Positions 42,836 to 57,478 of a DNA stretch of 64,000 nt are shown in pieces. The first letter of the stretch is position 1; each line of letters starts with the position of its first letter. Where the stretch lies: the sequence record NC_054919.1. One strand, 5' to 3'. Below the pieces are notes generated by a model. The model was given only the letters and a program-made list of their open reading frames with translations. It ran no database searches and was not told the DNA's origin. A program made the translations under genes and the position numbers. This DNA comes from Escherichia phage vB_EcoM_G4507.

Positions 42836-42900
42836 TTTTATTTCCTTTTTAATTTAATTAACAGTTGGTGCTATGACGATGTATGACCTCATAGCTGGTC
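42836..42900 (-). promoter_or_regulatory. Gene 32 translational autoregulatory operator: unstructured A/U-rich leader plus upstream RNA pseudoknot
   Basis: Coding strand GCTATGAGGTCATACATCGTCATAGCACC (pseudoknot) then TTAATTAAATTAAAAAGGAAATAAAAATG; known T4 feature. Confidence 0.6.
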
Positions 42901-42934
42901 AATGAGATAATTATAATCTATTTATAATAAGCAA

Positions 42935-43588
42935 TTAATACTTACAAGATTTCACAGTTTCAATGAAAACATTTTTAGCTTTCTGTGAATCAATATTTAA
43001 AATTTTTCTATAAGCCTTTAACTTTATAGAATAATTATTCCAGACTAAATTATCAGTCTGTTCATCATGTTTATCAATTATATTTAAAAATGAATCAAGC
43101 AAGATAAACGTCTCAAACGAAATTATGTTCGATTGCAGAAGTTTAAAAATATAACTTGACTGAACCTTTGGATTATATTCAAAGATTTCTTTAAAAGCAG
43201 AAACTTCAACTTTTTTACTAAAATAGTAAATATTGCGAATATCTTCTTCAAACTTAAACTTAATTTGCTTTAAGCGTCCGATATATTCACGATAAAACAC
43301 AAGTGCATCAGCGTCAGAGATGTCACCAATCCAAGCATCTTGGTTAGCAACCAAATTACTTATAAAGATTAAAGCAAGTTCCTTTAATTTATATTTTTCT
43401 GATAACTTCTGGAAAAAATACTTATCCCTTCGCTTTTGATAAGCGGCATCAGACACCCGCATGCACCAATTATACTTAATTACATCATACTTTCCATTCA
43501 TATGCTGTTTTATCATTAAGTATAATTTATAAACTGATTTACCATCAATGTATCTTTCACCACCAGCAGGCATGCGGAGTTTAATCAT
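42935..43588 (-). CDS. 59: Helicase loader gp59
   Basis: 217 aa, same length as T4 gp59; no segG between 32 and 59. Confidence 0.9.
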   Translation of the reverse strand: MIKLRMPAGGERYIDGKSVYKLYLMIKQHMNGKYDVIKYNWCMRVSDAAYQKRRDKYFFQKLSEKYKLKELALIFISNLVANQDAWIGDISDADALVFYREYIGRLKQIKFKFEEDIRNIYYFSKKVEVSAFKEIFEYNPKVQSSYIFKLLQSNIISFETFILLDSFLNIIDKHDEQTDNLVWNNYSIKLKAYRKILNIDSQKAKNVFIETVKSCKY

Positions 43589-43923
43589 AGTAGAAAATCT
43601 AATGTATTAGTTTTTTCACAACGAACAACAGAAGGACGTAAAAGATTTTCGTCAATAGCTTCTGACTGAATTTTTTCAATTATACCCGAAGGAATAAATT
43701 TAGCAAATTGAGTTTCAGGAATAGAATTTTCTTCTAAGAATGCTGTTGTAGCTTCAAGATAACTCATTCCAAACTCTTCTACCATTTTTTCAATAATAAA
43801 TCCATTTTCTTGGCGGTCAAGAAGCTTTGCAATTTCATCCTTTTCTTTCTTAATTGAAAGTTCTTTTTCTGAAAGTCCGGTCTCATCGACCGGACGAATA
43901 TCATTTAGAGAAAACTGTGTCAT
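43585..43923 (-). CDS. 33: Late transcription co-activator gp33
   Basis: 112 aa from the internal ATG; MTQFSLNDIRPVDETGLSEKELSIKKEKDEIAKLLDRQENGF matches T4 gp33. Confidence 0.9.
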   Translation of the reverse strand: MTQFSLNDIRPVDETGLSEKELSIKKEKDEIAKLLDRQENGFIIEKMVEEFGMSYLEATTAFLEENSIPETQFAKFIPSGIIEKIQSEAIDENLLRPSVVRCEKTNTLDFLL

Positions 43924-44170
43924 AAAGTTCAACTACCTCTTCAGTTTCAGCTTCAAACACATCACGATTATCTTTATGATACAAAGCTAACAGACGATTA
44001 AACATCTTACCATCAACGCCAAGTTCATCTTTGGCACGAATTCGAATATCTTTAATCAATTCATTATAACCAGAAATTTTCAGTTTATGATCAGATGCTT
44101 CTTTAATAAATTTAGCCAAGTCTTCGCCATGGATAGCTTCATCAAATTCAACCATTTCTTTTTTAGCCAT
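43901..44170 (-). CDS. dsbA: DsbA double-stranded DNA-binding protein (late transcription enhancer)
   Basis: 89 aa, same length and position as T4 DsbA. Confidence 0.8.
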   Translation of the reverse strand: MAKKEMVEFDEAIHGEDLAKFIKEASDHKLKISGYNELIKDIRIRAKDELGVDGKMFNRLLALYHKDNRDVFEAETEEVVELYDTVFSK

Positions 44171-44178
44171 TATTCACC

Positions 44179-45096
44179 TCAAAATTCATTAATGCTATTA
44201 GTTAATTTAGAAAGACCCGCTTTTACAAAATATGAATAAATTTTGCCGCGCGGTGGTAATTTATATGAATTATAGTAATTCACAATGTTTGAAGCAATAT
44301 TATCAGGAATATAATCAAAATCAATTAGAACTAAATTTTCTTTATAACGATTATATTCAGATTCTGTGAGAAGCACCTTAGCTTGCTCACGGTCATTAGC
44401 AATAGCTTCAACAATAGAGGTTTTCATTGAAGGAGTTCGTTCACCTTCAACTCTGGTAAACCAAAAGTCAGATCGTACTTTAACTGAAGCAACGTTATCC
44501 TTTTTGTCGCCTTTAAGGATTTTAGTCATACAGTCAATTTCAGCAGAACCGCTTTTAATTTTAACCCATTTCTTGTGCATCGGTGACCATTGCTTAACAT
44601 TTGGGTATTTGTGAAGTTGAGTAAAGTCACCATCCGACGAAATGATTAAAATCTTATGTCCTTCTAAAGAGAACTTTTTAACAAGAACAGCGATATGATC
44701 ATCTGCTTCATACTTATCAATATCCATAACGATGTATGGCATATAAGCTTTCAATTCATCTATAACTTTATGACTGGATTCAAAATAACCTTCCCAGTCC
44801 CAAGTAGATTCTTCTCGTGCTTTTCCACGGTTTTTCTTATAATAATAAGCGAAATCACGACGCCAGTATCCAGATTTCGCATTATCAATACACAATACAA
44901 TTTTAGTGTATCCAAGAGTTTTTGCTTTTTTAACATTGAACTTAATTGAGTTCAATATCAAATGACGAACCATTGATAAATTAATTTTTTCTTTATCTGG
45001 GAAGTTTACCAGAGCAGTTGAAAGCGCAATCTGACTAAAGTCAATTAAGCAAATTCCTTCTTTGTAATCTTCATCCAGCATCATTTCTAAATCCAT
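44179..45096 (-). CDS. rnh: RNase H / 5'-3' exonuclease (FEN-1 family)
   Basis: 305 aa from the internal ATG; MDLEMMLDEDYKEGICLIDFSQ matches T4 RNase H. Confidence 0.9.
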   Translation of the reverse strand: MDLEMMLDEDYKEGICLIDFSQIALSTALVNFPDKEKINLSMVRHLILNSIKFNVKKAKTLGYTKIVLCIDNAKSGYWRRDFAYYYKKNRGKAREESTWDWEGYFESSHKVIDELKAYMPYIVMDIDKYEADDHIAVLVKKFSLEGHKILIISSDGDFTQLHKYPNVKQWSPMHKKWVKIKSGSAEIDCMTKILKGDKKDNVASVKVRSDFWFTRVEGERTPSMKTSIVEAIANDREQAKVLLTESEYNRYKENLVLIDFDYIPDNIASNIVNYYNSYKLPPRGKIYSYFVKAGLSKLTNSINEF

Positions 45097-45158
45097 ATGA
45101 ACCTCGTTCAATTAGTGAGATTTCTATTATATACTATCTAAATCTTAAAGTAAACAGG

Positions 45159-45166
45159 TATAAATA
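45159..45166 (+). promoter_or_regulatory. Late promoter TATAAATA for gene 34
   Basis: Exact TATAAATA about 35 nt upstream of the gene 34 ATG. Confidence 0.6.
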
Positions 45167-45200
45167 CTTATTATTGAAAACACAATAGGAGCCCGGGAGA

Positions 45201-48200
45201 ATGGCCGAGATTAAAAGAAAGTTCAGAGCAGAAGATGGTCTGGACGCAGGTGGCGATAAAATAATCAACGTAGCTTTAGCTGACCGTACCGTAGGAACTG
45301 ACGGTGTTAACGTTGATTACTTAATTCAAGAAAACACAGTTCAGCAATATGATCCAACTCGTGGATATTTAAAAGATTTTGTAATCATTTATAATAATCG
45401 TTTTTGGGCAGCAACGGATAATATTCCAAAACCTGCTGGAAATTTTAATAGAATTCGTTGGAAAGCATTACGTACTGATGCCGTATATACAACCGTATCA
45501 TCTGGACCATATCAATTAAAATCCGGAGAAGCAATTTCAGTAGATACATCAGTTGGCAATGACATTGAGTTTACTTTACCACCTTCTCCGCTTGATGGAG
45601 AAACCGTAATAATTCAAGATATCGGTGGAAAACCTGGCATAAATCAGGTTAAAATAAATTCTTCAAATCAGAGTATTGTCAATTTTAGAGGTGAACAGGT
45701 ACGTTCAGTTTTAATGACTCATCCAAAGTCACAGATGATATTCATTTTTAATAATCGTTTGTGGCAAATGTATGTTGCTGATTATAGCAGAGAAGCTGCG
45801 ATTGTTACTCCATCGACTGCGTATCAAGCACAATCTAATGATTTTATCGTACGTAGATTTACTTCTGCTGCACCAATTAATGTTAAACTTCCGAGATTTG
45901 CTAATCATGGCGATATTATTAATTTCGTTGATTTAGATAAACTGAATCCACTTTATCATACAATTGTTACTACATACGATGAAACGACTTCAGTACAAGA
46001 AGTTGGAACTCATTCCATTGAAGGCCGTACATCGATTGACGGTTTCTTGATGTTTGACGATAATGAGAAATTGTGGAGATTGTTTGACGGGGATAGTAAA
46101 GCACGTTTACGCATTATAACAACTAATTCAAATATTCGTCCAAATGAAGAAGTCATGGTATTTGGCGCGAATAATGGAACAACCCAAACAATTGAACTTC
46201 AGCTTCCGACTGATATTTCTGTTGGTGATACTGTTAAAATTTCCATGAATTACATGAGAAAAGGACAAACAGTTAAAATCAAAGCTGCTGGTGAAGATAA
46301 AATTGCTTCTTCAGTTCAATTGCTGCAATTCCCAAAACGTTCAGAATATCCGCCTGAAGCTGAATGGGTAACAGTTCAAGAATTAGTTTTTAATGGTGAA
46401 ACTAATTATGTACCAGTTTTGCAACTTGCTTATATAGAAGATTCTGATGGAAAATACTGGGTTGTACAGCAAAACGTTCCAACAGTTGAAAGAGTCGATT
46501 CTTTAAATAATTCTACTAGAGCAAGATTAGGCGTAATTGCTTTAGCTACACAAGCTCAAGCAAATGCTGATTTAGAAAATTCTCCACAAAAAGAATTAGC
46601 AATTACTCCAGAAACGTTAGCTAATCGTACTGCTACTGAAACTCGCAGAGGTATTGCAAGAATAGCAACTACTGCTCAAGTAAATCAGAACACCACATTC
46701 TCTTTTGCAGATGACCTTATCATCACTCCTAAAAAGCTGAATGAAAGAACTGCTACAGAAACTCGTAGAGGTGTTGCTGAAATTGCTACGCAGCAAGAAA
46801 CTAATACAGGTACTGATGATACTACAATCATCACTCCTAAAAAGCTTCAAGCTCGTCAAGGTTCTGAATCATTATCTGGTATTGTAACTTTTGTATCTAC
46901 CGCAGGAGCTACTCCAGCTTCTAGTCGTGAATTAAATGGTACGAATGTTTATAATAAAAACACTAATAATTTAGTTGTTTCACCTAAAGCTTTGGATCAG
47001 TATAAAGCTACTCCAACGCAACAAGGCGCAGTAATTTTAGCAGTTGAAAGTGAAGTAATTGCTGGACAAAGCCAAGAAGGATGGGCAAATGCGGTTGTAA
47101 CGCCAGAAACGTTACATAAAAAGACATCAACTGATGGAAGAATTGGTTTAATTGAAATTGCTACGCAAAGTGAAGTTAATACAGGAACTGACTATACTCG
47201 TGCAGTCACTCCTAAAACTTTAAATGACCGTAGAGCAACTGAAAGTTTAAGTGGTATAGCTGAAATTGCTACGCAAGTTGAATTCGACGCAGGCGTCGAC
47301 GATACTCGTATCTCTACACCATTAAAAATTAAAACCAGATTTAATAGTACTGATCGTACTTCTGTTGTTGCTCTATCTGGATTAGTTGAATCAGGAACTC
47401 TCTGGGACCATTATACCCTTAATATTCTTGAAGCAAATGAGACACAGCGTGGTACACTTCGTGTAGCTACACAAGTTGAAGCTGCTGCAGGAACATTAGA
47501 TAATGTTTTAATAACTCCTAAAAAGCTTTTAGGTACTAAATCTACCGAATCGCAAGAAGGTGTTATTAAAGTTGCAACTCAGTCTGAAACTGTGACTGGA
47601 ACGTCAGCAAATACTGCTGTATCTCCAAAAAATTTAAAATGGATTGTGCAGAGTGAACCAACTTGGGCAGCAACTACTCTGATAAGAGGGTTTGTTAAAA
47701 CTTCTTCTGGTTCATTAACGTTTGTTGGTAATGATACGGTAGGTTCAACACAGCCATTAGAATCATATGAGAAAAATGGTTATGCAGTATCACCATATGA
47801 ATTAAATCGCGTATTAGCAAATTATTTGCCGTTAAAAGCAAAAGCTGCTGACGCAAATTTATTAGATGGTCTAGATTCATCTCAGTTCATTCGTAGGGAT
47901 ATTGCCCAGACAGTTAATGGTTCACTAACCTTAACCAAACAAACGAACCTGAGTGCCCCTCTTGTATCATCTAGTACTGCTACGTTTGGTGGATCAGTTT
48001 CAGCAAATAGTACACTAACTATTTCTAATACTGGAACGGCAACTCAATTAATTTTTGAGAAAGGACCTCAAACTGGAACAAACCCGACTCAAACAATGAC
48101 TGTAAAAGTGTGGGGAAATCAATTTAGTGGGGAGTCAGACACAACACGTTCTACTGTATTTGAAGTTAGTGATGAAACTTCTAGTCATTTTTATTCTCAG

Positions 48201-49070
48201 CGTAATAAAGCTGGTAATATAACATTTAATATCAACGGTACAGTAACACCGATAAATGTGAATGCTTCAGGAACATTGAATGCGAATGGCGTTGCTACAT
48301 TTGGTAATTCAGTCACTGCAACTGGTGAAATTATTTCTCGAAGCGCAAATGCTTTCCGTGCTATTAATGGAAATTATGGTTTCATTATTCGTAATGACGG
48401 GTCAGTAACGAATTTTATGCTTACTGCATCAGGCAATCAAACTGGTGGATTTAATGGATTACGTCCATTGTCCATTAATAATCAATCTGGGCAGGTCACA
48501 ATTGGTGAAAGCTTGATCATTGCTAAAGGTGCTACTATAAATTCAGGTGGTTTAACTGTTAACTCGAGAATTCGTTCTCAAGGTGTTAAAACATCTGATT
48601 TATATACCCGTGCGCCGACATCTGATACTGTAGGATTCTGGTCAATCGATATTAATGATTCAGCCACTTATAACCAGTTCCCGGGTTATTTTAAAATGGT
48701 TGAAAAAACTAATGAAGTTACTGGACTTCCATACTTAGAACGTGGCGAAGAAGTTAAATCTCCTGGTACATTGACTCAGTTTGGTAACACACTTGATTCA
48801 CTTTACCAAGATTGGATTACTTATCCAACGACTCCAGAAGCACGTACCACTCGCTGGACACGTACATGGCAAAAAACTAAAAACTCTTGGTCAAGTTTTG
48901 TTCAGGTATTTGATGGAGGTAACCCTCCTCAACCTTCGGATATAGGAGCAATTCCATCTGATAATGGAATAATAGGTAATCTTACTATTCGTGATTTCTT
49001 ACGAATTGGTAATGTTCGCATTATTCCTGACCCAGTGAATAAAACTGTTAAATTTGAATGGGTTGAATAA
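45201..49070 (+). CDS. 34: Long tail fiber proximal subunit gp34
   Basis: 1289 aa, same length as T4 gp34; N-terminus MAEIKRKFRAEDGLDAGGDKIINVALADRTVGTDGVNV. Confidence 0.95.
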   Translation: MAEIKRKFRAEDGLDAGGDKIINVALADRTVGTDGVNVDYLIQENTVQQYDPTRGYLKDFVIIYNNRFWAATDNIPKPAGNFNRIRWKALRTDAVYTTVSSGPYQLKSGEAISVDTSVGNDIEFTLPPSPLDGETVIIQDIGGKPGINQVKINSSNQSIVNFRGEQVRSVLMTHPKSQMIFIFNNRLWQMYVADYSREAAIVTPSTAYQAQSNDFIVRRFTSAAPINVKLPRFANHGDIINFVDLDKLNPLYHTIVTTYDETTSVQEVGTHSIEGRTSIDGFLMFDDNEKLWRLFDGDSKARLRIITTNSNIRPNEEVMVFGANNGTTQTIELQLPTDISVGDTVKISMNYMRKGQTVKIKAAGEDKIASSVQLLQFPKRSEYPPEAEWVTVQELVFNGETNYVPVLQLAYIEDSDGKYWVVQQNVPTVERVDSLNNSTRARLGVIALATQAQANADLENSPQKELAITPETLANRTATETRRGIARIATTAQVNQNTTFSFADDLIITPKKLNERTATETRRGVAEIATQQETNTGTDDTTIITPKKLQARQGSESLSGIVTFVSTAGATPASSRELNGTNVYNKNTNNLVVSPKALDQYKATPTQQGAVILAVESEVIAGQSQEGWANAVVTPETLHKKTSTDGRIGLIEIATQSEVNTGTDYTRAVTPKTLNDRRATESLSGIAEIATQVEFDAGVDDTRISTPLKIKTRFNSTDRTSVVALSGLVESGTLWDHYTLNILEANETQRGTLRVATQVEAAAGTLDNVLITPKKLLGTKSTESQEGVIKVATQSETVTGTSANTAVSPKNLKWIVQSEPTWAATTLIRGFVKTSSGSLTFVGNDTVGSTQPLESYEKNGYAVSPYELNRVLANYLPLKAKAADANLLDGLDSSQFIRRDIAQTVNGSLTLTKQTNLSAPLVSSSTATFGGSVSANSTLTISNTGTATQLIFEKGPQTGTNPTQTMTVKVWGNQFSGESDTTRSTVFEVSDETSSHFYSQRNKAGNITFNINGTVTPINVNASGTLNANGVATFGNSVTATGEIISRSANAFRAINGNYGFIIRNDGSVTNFMLTASGNQTGGFNGLRPLSINNQSGQVTIGESLIIAKGATINSGGLTVNSRIRSQGVKTSDLYTRAPTSDTVGFWSIDINDSATYNQFPGYFKMVEKTNEVTGLPYLERGEEVKSPGTLTQFGNTLDSLYQDWITYPTTPEARTTRWTRTWQKTKNSWSSFVQVFDGGNPPQPSDIGAIPSDNGIIGNLTIRDFLRIGNVRIIPDPVNKTVKFEWVE

Positions 49071-49078
49071 GAGGTATT

Positions 49079-50194
49079 ATGGAAAAATTTATGGCAGAGT
49101 TTGGACAAGGATATGTCCAAACGCCATTTTTATCGGAAAGCAATTCAGTAAGATATAAAATAAGCATAGCGGGCTCTTGCCCGCTTTCTACTGCAGGGCC
49201 ATATGTTAAATTTCAGGATAATCCCGTTGGAAATCAAACATTTAGTGCAGGTCTTCATTTAAGAGTTTTTGACCCTTCTACGGGAGCATTAGTTGATAGT
49301 AAGTCATATGCTTTTTCTGCTTCAAACAATACAACATCTGCCGCTTTTGTCAGTTTCATGAATTCTTTGTCAAACAATAGACTTGTTGCTATATTAACTA
49401 GCGGAAAGGTTAATTTTCCTCCTGAAGTGGTATCTTGGTTAAGGGGAGCAGGAACTTCAGTTTTTCCATCAGATTCAGTATTGTCAAGATTTGACGTATC
49501 ATATGCTGCTTTTTATACTTCTTCTAAAAGAGCTATTGCATTAGAGCATGTTAAACTAAGTAATAGAAAAAGCACAGATGATTATCAAACTATTTTAGAT
49601 GTTGTATTTGATAGTTTAGAAGACGTCGGAGCGACAGGATTTCCAAAAAGAACTTATGAAAGTGTCGAGCAATTCATGTCAGCAGTTGGTGGAACTAATA
49701 ACGAAATTGCGCGATTGCCAACTTCAGCTGCTATAAGTAAACTTTCTGACTATAATTTAATTCCTGGTGATGTTCTTTATCTTAAAGCACAGTTATATGC
49801 TGATGCTGATTTACTTGATCTTGGAACTACAAACATATCCATTCGTTTTTATGATGCATCAAATGGATATATTTCCTCTACCCAAGCTGAGTTTACTGGG
49901 CAAGCTGGGTCATGGGAATTAAAGGAAGATTATGTAGTTGTTCCTGAAAATGCAGTCGGATTTACTATATATGCGCAGAGAACTGCTCAAGCTGGTCAAG
50001 GCGGAATGAGGAATTTAAGCTTTTCTGAAGTATCAAGAAATGGCGGCATTTCAAAACCTGCCGAATTTGGCGTCAACGGTATTCGCGTTAATTATGTCTG
50101 TGAATCGGCTTCACCTCCAGATATAATGGTACTTCCTACACAAGCCTCTTCTAAAACTGGCAAAGTGTTTGGACAGGAATTTAGAGAAGTTTAA
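49079..50194 (+). CDS. 35: Long tail fiber hinge connector gp35
   Basis: 371 aa; T4 gp35 is 372 aa. Confidence 0.85.
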   Translation: MEKFMAEFGQGYVQTPFLSESNSVRYKISIAGSCPLSTAGPYVKFQDNPVGNQTFSAGLHLRVFDPSTGALVDSKSYAFSASNNTTSAAFVSFMNSLSNNRLVAILTSGKVNFPPEVVSWLRGAGTSVFPSDSVLSRFDVSYAAFYTSSKRAIALEHVKLSNRKSTDDYQTILDVVFDSLEDVGATGFPKRTYESVEQFMSAVGGTNNEIARLPTSAAISKLSDYNLIPGDVLYLKAQLYADADLLDLGTTNISIRFYDASNGYISSTQAEFTGQAGSWELKEDYVVVPENAVGFTIYAQRTAQAGQGGMRNLSFSEVSRNGGISKPAEFGVNGIRVNYVCESASPPDIMVLPTQASSKTGKVFGQEFREV

Positions 50195-50199
50195 ACTGA

Positions 50200-50217
50200 G
50201 GGAGCCTTCGGGTTCCC
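50200..50217 (+). terminator. Hairpin gggagcc-ttcg-ggttccc after gene 35
   Basis: GC stem with UUCG loop followed by T-run. Confidence 0.55.
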
Positions 50218-50225
50218 TTTTTCTT

Positions 50226-50233
50226 TATAAATA
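50226..50233 (+). promoter_or_regulatory. Late promoter TATAAATA for gene 36
   Basis: Exact TATAAATA about 24 nt upstream of the gene 36 ATG. Confidence 0.6.
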
Positions 50234-50256
50234 ATATTAAAATAAAGGGGCATATA

Positions 50257-50907
50257 ATGGCTGATTTAAAAGTAGGTTCAACTGTAGGTGGATCTGTCAT
50301 TTGGCATCAAGGAAATTTTCCATTGAATTCAGCCGGTGACGATGTACTCTACAAATCATTTAAAATATATTCAGAATATAATAAACCACAGGCAGCTGAT
50401 AACGATTTCGTTTCTAAAGCTAATGGTGGTACTTACACCGGTCCAATTACTATTAATTACGGGGTAAATAGTTATCTTCAATTAAGTAATAATGAAACCC
50501 CCATTCGAATTCGTTCTGGTGGCGGTACCGGTAATACTCTTGTAGTTGGCGGCTCTTCCGGCGGTATTAGTTTTAGACCTGCAGGTAGTGAAATCACTAC
50601 TGGACAAATTACTATTACACCAGAAGGTTTGACAACATTTACCAGGGCTGTAACGGCTCCATCGGTAACTGTTACATCTACTCCTTCCGCAGCATCTGAT
50701 GTTACTCGCAAAGATTATGTTGATGGAGCAATAAATACTGTTACAGCAAATGCAAACTCTAGGGTATTACGCTCTGGAGACACTATGACAGGAAATTTAA
50801 CTGCGCCAAACCTTTTTTCACAGAATCCTGCATCTCAACCCTCGCATGTTCCGCGATTTGACCAAATCGTAATTAAGGATTCTGTTCAAGATTTCGGCTA
50901 TTATTAA
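50257..50907 (+). CDS. 36: Long tail fiber distal connector gp36
   Basis: 216 aa; T4 gp36 is about 221 aa. Confidence 0.85.
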   Translation: MADLKVGSTVGGSVIWHQGNFPLNSAGDDVLYKSFKIYSEYNKPQAADNDFVSKANGGTYTGPITINYGVNSYLQLSNNETPIRIRSGGGTGNTLVVGGSSGGISFRPAGSEITTGQITITPEGLTTFTRAVTAPSVTVTSTPSAASDVTRKDYVDGAINTVTANANSRVLRSGDTMTGNLTAPNLFSQNPASQPSHVPRFDQIVIKDSVQDFGYY

Positions 50908-50915
50908 GAGGACTT

Positions 50916-55035
<4,120 letters not shown>

Positions 55036-55065
55036 TTTGAATAAATATCCTTAAAAGGAGGGTCT

Positions 55066-55722
55066 ATGGCAGCACCTAGAATATCATTTTCGCCCTCTGA
55101 TATTCTATTTGGTGTTCTAGATCGCTTGTTCAAAGATAACGCTACCGGGAAAGTTCTTGCTTCCCGGGTAGCTGTCGTAATTCTTTTGTTTATGATGGCG
55201 ATTGTTTGGTATAGGGGAGATAGTTTCTTTGAGTACTATAAGCAATCAAAGTATGAAACATACAGTGAAATTATTGAAAAGGAAAGAAATGCACGCTTTG
55301 AATCTGTCGCCCTGGAACAACTCCAGATAGTTCATATATCATCTGAGGCAGACTTTAGTGCGGTGTATTCTTTCCGCCCTAAAAACTTAAACTATTTTGT
55401 TGATATTATAGCATATGAAGGAAAATTACCTTCAACAATAAGTGAAAAATCACTTGGAGGATATCCTGTTGATAAAACTATGGATGAATATGCAGTTCAT
55501 TTAAATGGACGTCATTATTATTCCAACTCAAAATTTGCTTTTTTACCAACTAAAAAGCCTACTCCCGAAATAAACTACATGTACAGTTGTCCATATTTTA
55601 ATTTGGATAATATCTATGCTGGAACAATAACCATGTACTGGTATAGAAATGATCATATAAGTAATGACCGCCTTGAATCAATATGTGCTCAGGCGGCCAG
55701 AATATTAGGAAGGGCTAAATAA
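55066..55722 (+). CDS. t: Holin T
   Basis: 218 aa, same length as T4 T; single TM segment VAVVILLFMMAIVWY and large periplasmic domain. Confidence 0.9.
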   Translation: MAAPRISFSPSDILFGVLDRLFKDNATGKVLASRVAVVILLFMMAIVWYRGDSFFEYYKQSKYETYSEIIEKERNARFESVALEQLQIVHISSEADFSAVYSFRPKNLNYFVDIIAYEGKLPSTISEKSLGGYPVDKTMDEYAVHLNGRHYYSNSKFAFLPTKKPTPEINYMYSCPYFNLDNIYAGTITMYWYRNDHISNDRLESICAQAARILGRAK

Positions 55723-55995
55723 TTATTTGTTTGTATACATTTCTAAATATCTATATACACCCTCAAAACCCTCGTTGAATTCGTCGATGAGGGTTTTCTT
55801 ATCTTCTTGAGTTAATTCAGAAACAATTTTACGGAATGAATTCTGATTTAATTTTCTACCTTCATGCGTTACTCCAATCTCATTCAGAAATGCAATAAAA
55901 TTAGCACGATTTTCAACAATATCTTCTCTGGAAAATTTAATCAAAATAGACGCAACAGTAATAATTTCACGAACTGTATCAATGTTTTTATTCAT
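55723..55995 (-). CDS. asiA: Anti-sigma-70 factor AsiA
   Basis: 90 aa; MNKNIDTVREIITVASILIKFSREDIVENRANFIAFLNEIGVTHEGRKL matches T4 AsiA. Confidence 0.9.
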   Translation of the reverse strand: MNKNIDTVREIITVASILIKFSREDIVENRANFIAFLNEIGVTHEGRKLNQNSFRKIVSELTQEDKKTLIDEFNEGFEGVYRYLEMYTNK

Positions 55996-56007
55996 TAACT
56001 ATACCAC

Positions 56008-56160
56008 TCAATTAGTTGACTTTATTATAATATCATCAGACGCTTGATTTGTAAACTGGTCTGTGTTATTTTCTTCAAAAATTTTTTCTACGAATTCCTT
56101 GAACGACTTACGTTCCTGAGCTACATTATGCTCGATTACCTTTTCAAGATTATGACTCAT
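56008..56160 (-). CDS. Small hypothetical protein (about 50 aa), below the ORF-track cutoff
   Basis: Hand-translated MSHNLEKVIEHNVAQERKSFKEFVEKIFEEN...; start overlaps the arn stop (ATGA); coordinates approximate. Confidence 0.35.
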   Translation of the reverse strand: MSHNLEKVIEHNVAQERKSFKEFVEKIFEENNTDQFTNQASDDIIIKSTN

Positions 56161-56435
56161 TCGAAATAATCTTCAATTTCATAATGATGGACATAAATCA
56201 TTATAGTTTTTAATACATCATCAATACTTTTTCCTGGAGCTGGAATTACGTAAAAACACCCTGCTTTTGAGAGGTCTTTATAAGTTCCAATCAAGAAATC
56301 ATTATTCTCAAGATGTAGTTCTTCAACTAATTCATTAACAATTGAGTGGTATAAATTTGGTAGAAACTTATATAGCTTTTCTAGAATATCAATTTTGATT
56401 GTGTATTGAACCACAGACTGAGAATCAATAATCAT
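56157..56435 (-). CDS. arn: Arn-like anti-restriction protein (McrBC inhibitor) candidate
   Basis: 92 aa, same length and position as T4 Arn next to asiA; identity by synteny and size only. Confidence 0.55.
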   Translation of the reverse strand: MIIDSQSVVQYTIKIDILEKLYKFLPNLYHSIVNELVEELHLENNDFLIGTYKDLSKAGCFYVIPAPGKSIDDVLKTIMIYVHHYEIEDYFE

Positions 56436-56518
56436 AGACCTTCCCCTTATGTTTCTGTTTGCGATTAGATTCTTTAAACGCTTTCTTCTTATCCTTATGA
56501 ACAGAAGCTTTATTGAAA

Positions 56519-56737
56519 TTATGTTTTGCGACTAAATTGTTCATAGTGCTGAATTACCTCTCTCAAACATTTGCATGTGAATGAAAACTTTTTAGCTACA
56601 CCACATTCAAATATATGTTCTCTTAAATCGCGTGTATCGGTATATCCCATCTCAACAATAAAATGCCGTATTAGATTTTTATCTTTATCATTGAGAGAAT
56701 TAAAATAATCAGATTTTGAATTAATTTCCCTGGCCAA
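56519..56737 (-). CDS. Hypothetical Cys-containing protein
   Basis: 72-aa ORF (ECGVAKKFSFTCKC). Confidence 0.5.
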   Translation of the reverse strand: MAREINSKSDYFNSLNDKDKNLIRHFIVEMGYTDTRDLREHIFECGVAKKFSFTCKCLREVIQHYEQFSRKT

Positions 56738-57017
56738 ATTGAATCACCTTCAGTTGACGTTTTAATTCTTTTATCATTTCTTCGTTCATCGCAATATAAA
56801 GATCGCGTAAAGCAGGTTTTAGCATTCCATTTACTGGAGAACTAAATGGACATACATAATCTTTTCCTACAAGCTTTTTGGCAAATTCCATATCACAAAA
56901 TTTAAATGCCGGCTCATTCGCATAAATTCCCCAATTAGTTGACATCATTTTATTGGCATATTCTAGTGCCTGGATTTGATTCATAATTCCATCGATTTGA
57001 AACTTTTTAATATTCAT
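56721..57017 (-). CDS. Hypothetical protein
   Basis: 98-aa ORF coupled to neighbours. Confidence 0.5.
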   Translation of the reverse strand: MNIKKFQIDGIMNQIQALEYANKMMSTNWGIYANEPAFKFCDMEFAKKLVGKDYVCPFSSPVNGMLKPALRDLYIAMNEEMIKELKRQLKVIQFGQGN

Positions 57018-57478
57018 TAGTAAAGGTCCTCAGAGTAAAGTTCTTTTTCACTACCACCACGTTCAATACGTACTTGTCCAGCGTAAGTTGCAATAATCAT
57101 TGCTTCTTCACGTGTCCAATAATTACTATATTGGTCAATAAACCCTTGGTCATCATCACAAACTTGTTGAGTAACTAATTGAGGTTTAACTACATCTAAA
57201 ACTTCTGCCATATCTTTAGAATAATGACGAGCACCTGGAATAATAAGAGTTCGTCCATCTTTTAATTTAAAACGGTTGGCTGCACAGACAATTCGTCGTT
57301 GATACTTTTGATTTTCATCCCAATATGCAGTCTGCCAACAGATTTCAGGAACTTCTTTTAGAATATCTTCTTCTGTGCATTTATAACCGTGTGCTTTAAA
57401 CTTTTGAACAAGACTTTCTGGAGTTTCACGAGATAAAGGAACATTCAGCATTTTTAAACGATTGATAAATGGGTTCAT
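57017..57478 (-). CDS. Hypothetical protein
   Basis: 153-aa ORF coupled to neighbours. Confidence 0.55.
   Translation of the reverse strand: MNPFINRLKMLNVPLSRETPESLVQKFKAHGYKCTEEDILKEVPEICWQTAYWDENQKYQRRIVCAANRFKLKDGRTLIIPGARHYSKDMAEVLDVVKPQLVTQQVCDDDQGFIDQYSNYWTREEAMIIATYAGQVRIERGGSEKELYSEDLY

Noticed and set aside
42836-42934. Expected segG homing endonuclease between genes 32 and 59
   Set aside because: Only about 100 nt of leader/operator sequence separates 32 and 59; no ORF is present.
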